NCBI GenBank assembly: GCA_965242695.1
Contig: CBDESU010000001.1
Span: forward strand, 768,001-832,000
Direction of reading: 5' to 3'
DNA: 64,000 bases
Origin: Cenarchaeum sp.
GTDB lineage: Archaea > Thermoproteota > Nitrososphaeria > Nitrososphaerales > Nitrosopumilaceae
A model generated the notes under the pieces. The model worked only from the letters and a program-made list of their open reading frames with translations. It made no database searches and had not been told where the DNA came from. The translations under genes were made by a program, and so were the position numbers. Shown here in pieces: positions 60,738-64,000 of this stretch; the stretch's first letter is position 1, and the number at the start of each line of letters is the position of its first letter.

Positions 60738-63700
60738 TTGAACCGTCATAGGGTCTCACCGGATCGACTGCGATCGCCGTTGCCGGCTGCGGGCGGGCAC
60801 CGAGAGGGGGGGGGGGGGTGGCGGATGCGGCAACCGTCCGAAATGCCCCCGCCAGCCTAGGGGCATCGGCGCGGCATCAACACGCGGCTCGGCATGCCGC
60901 CGCGCGCCGCGCCTTGGCGCCCTTGCAGTAGCCGCCCTGGCGATCGCACTGGCCGCCACGCTGCCGCAGTCGGCTGTCTGGGACGGCGATGCCGGCGACG
61001 GCAGTAGCAGCCAGCCAGTCCTGCACATGGACCGCGCCGCCCATGATGCCCTTACGTGGCCCGTGCCGTTGCAGCTGCTGCCGGCAGCGCATGCAAACCA
61101 CCCGGCCGCGTATGGGGACTACTACTGGCCGTGCGCCTGGTATCCACATGAAAGCGGCCGGTCAGGCGCACAACACTCGCCCCGCCTGGACTTTCAGGAC
61201 ACGCCCGACGACACGTACAAGATCGGCGACACTATCAACATCCGGAGTGATACTAGCCAAGGGCCAAAGAATCCCTCGGCCGTCTATCCCCACACGCGGC
61301 TTGCACTCGAGACGGGGGACGTCGACCGGTTTGCCGTCTACCAGAGGGAGAATGGCATATCGCAGGTCTACTACAGGTACACCGTCCAGCCTGGCGACTA
61401 TTCCGACGATCTGGACTACAGGGCGCCCACTGGTGCAGAGTGGGGCGGAGCGATGCACTGGGGGGAGCCCCGGGGGGAATACCGAAACAAAAACATAGAG
61501 CAGCATGACGACACTGAGGCTGTCAACTGCTGGCTGTCGACTCCAGGCACCAACGACTACAGGGGCGTCGACTCGCTTTCGGTAGGACACACCGTTATAG
61601 TCGACGGCATCATTCCGCGCGTCGAGAACGTCACAATGGCAAGCGGCGCGTACGGGGCCGGCTCGCAGCTCAACGTCACCGTCAGCTTTGCCGAGCCGGT
61701 CGTCGCGTACGGGCTGCCGCCGTCGCTGGTCCTTGCGCTTGACGGCGGGAACAGGACGATCCCGTACCTGGATGGCAACGAGACGAGCTCGCTCGTATTC
61801 AGCTATGCGGTGGAGCCGAACGACCTTGCCGACGGCCTCGAGTACGCTGGAACGGGGGCCCTCGTCCCTGCGGCCGGCGGCACCCTGACGGACTATGCCG
61901 GCAACAACGCAAGCCTGGCGCTGCCCGAGCCCGGCTCGCCCGGCTCGCTCGGCGCCACCTCAAACGTCAGCATAACTGCCGCATCGGGAGAGGTGGATGC
62001 GGTCGGCTCGCCCCTGCCCAACGGCACGTATCCCGCGGGATACCGGATTGAAATCGCAGTCAACTTTACCGAGCCCGTCGTATACTCGGGCGCGGCTCCG
62101 CCGTCGCTGGTACTCGACTTCAGCGGCTCTAACCGGACGGCCTCGTACGCGTCGGGCAACGACACGCGGTCACTCGTGTTCGCATACGCGGTGCAGTCCG
62201 GCGACCCGCAGGTCGCACGCCTGGACTATGCGGGGGCAAGCGCGCTGCAGGCCGGCTCTGGCCTGAGCGACAGGGCCGGCGATGCAGTCGATACCGTCCT
62301 GCCCTGGCAGAGCGGGGCAGGGCAGCTCGGCAGCTCGCGGAGCATCGCAATAGACACGGAGTCCGCCGCATACGTCACGGCGGTCGGCTCGCCCGGCGGC
62401 GACACTGCGTACAAGCTCAACGACACCGTCCGCATCGCCGTCGACTTTTCCGCCCCCGTCGCCGTCGCGGGCGCGCCGTCGCTCGCGCTTGCGACCGATC
62501 CGCCGCGAAGCGCCTCGTACGCGGGCGGCAGCGGCACCGGCACCATAGAGTTCAACTATACGGTGCGGCAGGGCGATGCGGCCGCCGGCCTGGACTATGC
62601 CGGCGTCCGGGCCCTGTCCCTGGAGGGCGGCGCGTCGATACGCCTTGACGCGCAGGGAGGCAGCGGCGCAAGCGCCCTCTTGGCCCTGCCGGCGCCAGGC
62701 GGGCCGGGCTCGCTCGGCCACGCCAGGGACATTGCAATAGACGGCGCCGCTCCGAATGTGACGGGCGTCGCGCCTGCGAGCCCCGACGGCACGTACGGCA
62801 CGGGGCGCATCGTCTCCATCGCCGTGGCCTTTGACGAGCCCGTATTCGTCGAGGGCGAGCCCGCGCTGAGGCTGGCGACCGTGCCGCCGCGCAGCGCCTC
62901 GTACGCGGGCGGCAGCGGCACGGCAGAGCTGGCGTTCTGGTATGCGGTGCAGCCGGGAGACTCGGCGCCCCGCCTGGGATACGCGGGCGAGGGCGCGCTC
63001 GACCTGGGCGGCGGCGCCTCGTCGATCTCGATCCGAGATGCCGCCGGCAACGCCGCAAACCTGACCCTGCCCGCCCCCGGTTCGAACCGCTCGCTGGACG
63101 CCTCGGCAAGCATCGACGTGCACGGGCACGAGGCGCCGATGATTGCCGCGGCGGCCGGCCGCGCCGGCAGCGATTCGCCCAACGGCGCGGTGGCCTTTGA
63201 GCTGGGCGGCACCACGTACGCCGCCGTCGCAGCGTCTCATTACGCCGCCAATGATCTAACTGGTGCTGGTGGCGGCGGCGTGCAGCTGTTCCGCGTGGAC
63301 GGCAGCGGCGCGCTGGCCGCCGCCGGCGTGATCAGAGACGATCAGGGTGCGCCAGGCCTTGCAGTAGTAGTCGATATCGATGCGCTCACCGTGGGCGACA
63401 CCACATACCTCGCCACGTCGTCATGGGATGCACACGGCGTGCAGCTGATCCTTGTGGACAGCAGCGGATCCCTCTCGGCGGGGGCGCGGGCGGAGAACGG
63501 CCAAAACGGCTTCGACGCGCTCTACGGATCGGAGGGTGTCGACATCTTTGCCATGAACGGCACCGTATACGTCCTTGCCACGTCGAGCAATGCGGGGGAC
63601 GGCGGCGTGCAGCTGATCCGCGTGGACGGCAGCAGCCTGGAGCGCGCATACTCGCTCAAAACGTCCAACGCCAGCGCGCTCGTGCAGGCCGGTGCCTTGC

Positions 63701-64000
63701 CCAGCAGTGGCGCACTGGCACTGAATGGCGCTAGTGGAGTGGACGTGTTCGAGATGGCCGGCGACGGCAGCGGCGGCGCGTCCGGCAACCGCACCTACGC
63801 CGTCGTCGCCTCGACGGAAGGGTGGGGCGGGATGGGCGCCGTGCAGCTGATCCGCGTTCATGAAAACGCCACGCTGGAGCCGGCCGACTCGCTGCGCAAG
63901 GTCAACAACACCGATCTGGAACTGCAGGGCGCCAAAGGCATAGACGCGTTCAAGACTGCCGGAGGAAGCACGTTCGCCATCGTGGCCGGGTACGCCGACA
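60738..64000 (+). CDS. Second giant surface protein (Ig-like repeats, propeller-like GVQLIRVD repeats); partial; putative start out of frame at a G13 tract
   Basis: Open frame from 60742 to the window end with signal-like LGALAVAALAIALAAT and the same Ig-like modules as 18369..24234. Confidence 0.85.

Noticed and set aside
1-64000. tRNA, rRNA, integrase or viral structural genes
   Set aside because: None recognised by eye; tRNAscan-SE, Infernal and HMM searches would be needed to exclude them

Overview
Very GC-rich archaeal DNA. The core genes (class I lysS, archaeal Elp3, the B12-binding subunit of methylmalonyl-CoA mutase, ilvC) and the giant surface proteins point to a Nitrosopumilaceae-type thaumarchaeote, possibly a high-GC host-associated lineage (inference). 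About 1-10.3 kb is mostly housekeeping. The rest is an accessory region with a Fic gene, a GATC-rich ~250-bp tandem array, an ImmA/IrrE gene with an internal stop, two giant Ig-repeat surface proteins with poly-G tracts at their 5' ends, a duplicated TPR-wHTH/PIN pair, a GNAT toxin-antitoxin pair, a DUF3800 pseudogene, a HEPN-TPR gene and a complete IS66-type element (18-bp TIRs, 8-bp TSD). The most striking structure is a cassette present twice with the same gene order (about 31-45.6 kb and 45.9-60.7 kb). It contains ~270-aa Ala/Trp-rich helical paralogs, a small membrane protein, a highly divergent and broken TBP-like gene, a second Ala-rich family, and four-zinc-finger basic proteins. The main helical family and the zinc-finger family each carry their own 13-bp promoter motif about 24 nt before the start codon. 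Most starts were re-assigned with this 23-25 nt TATA-to-start rule. All family assignments come from reading motifs by eye, not from database searches.
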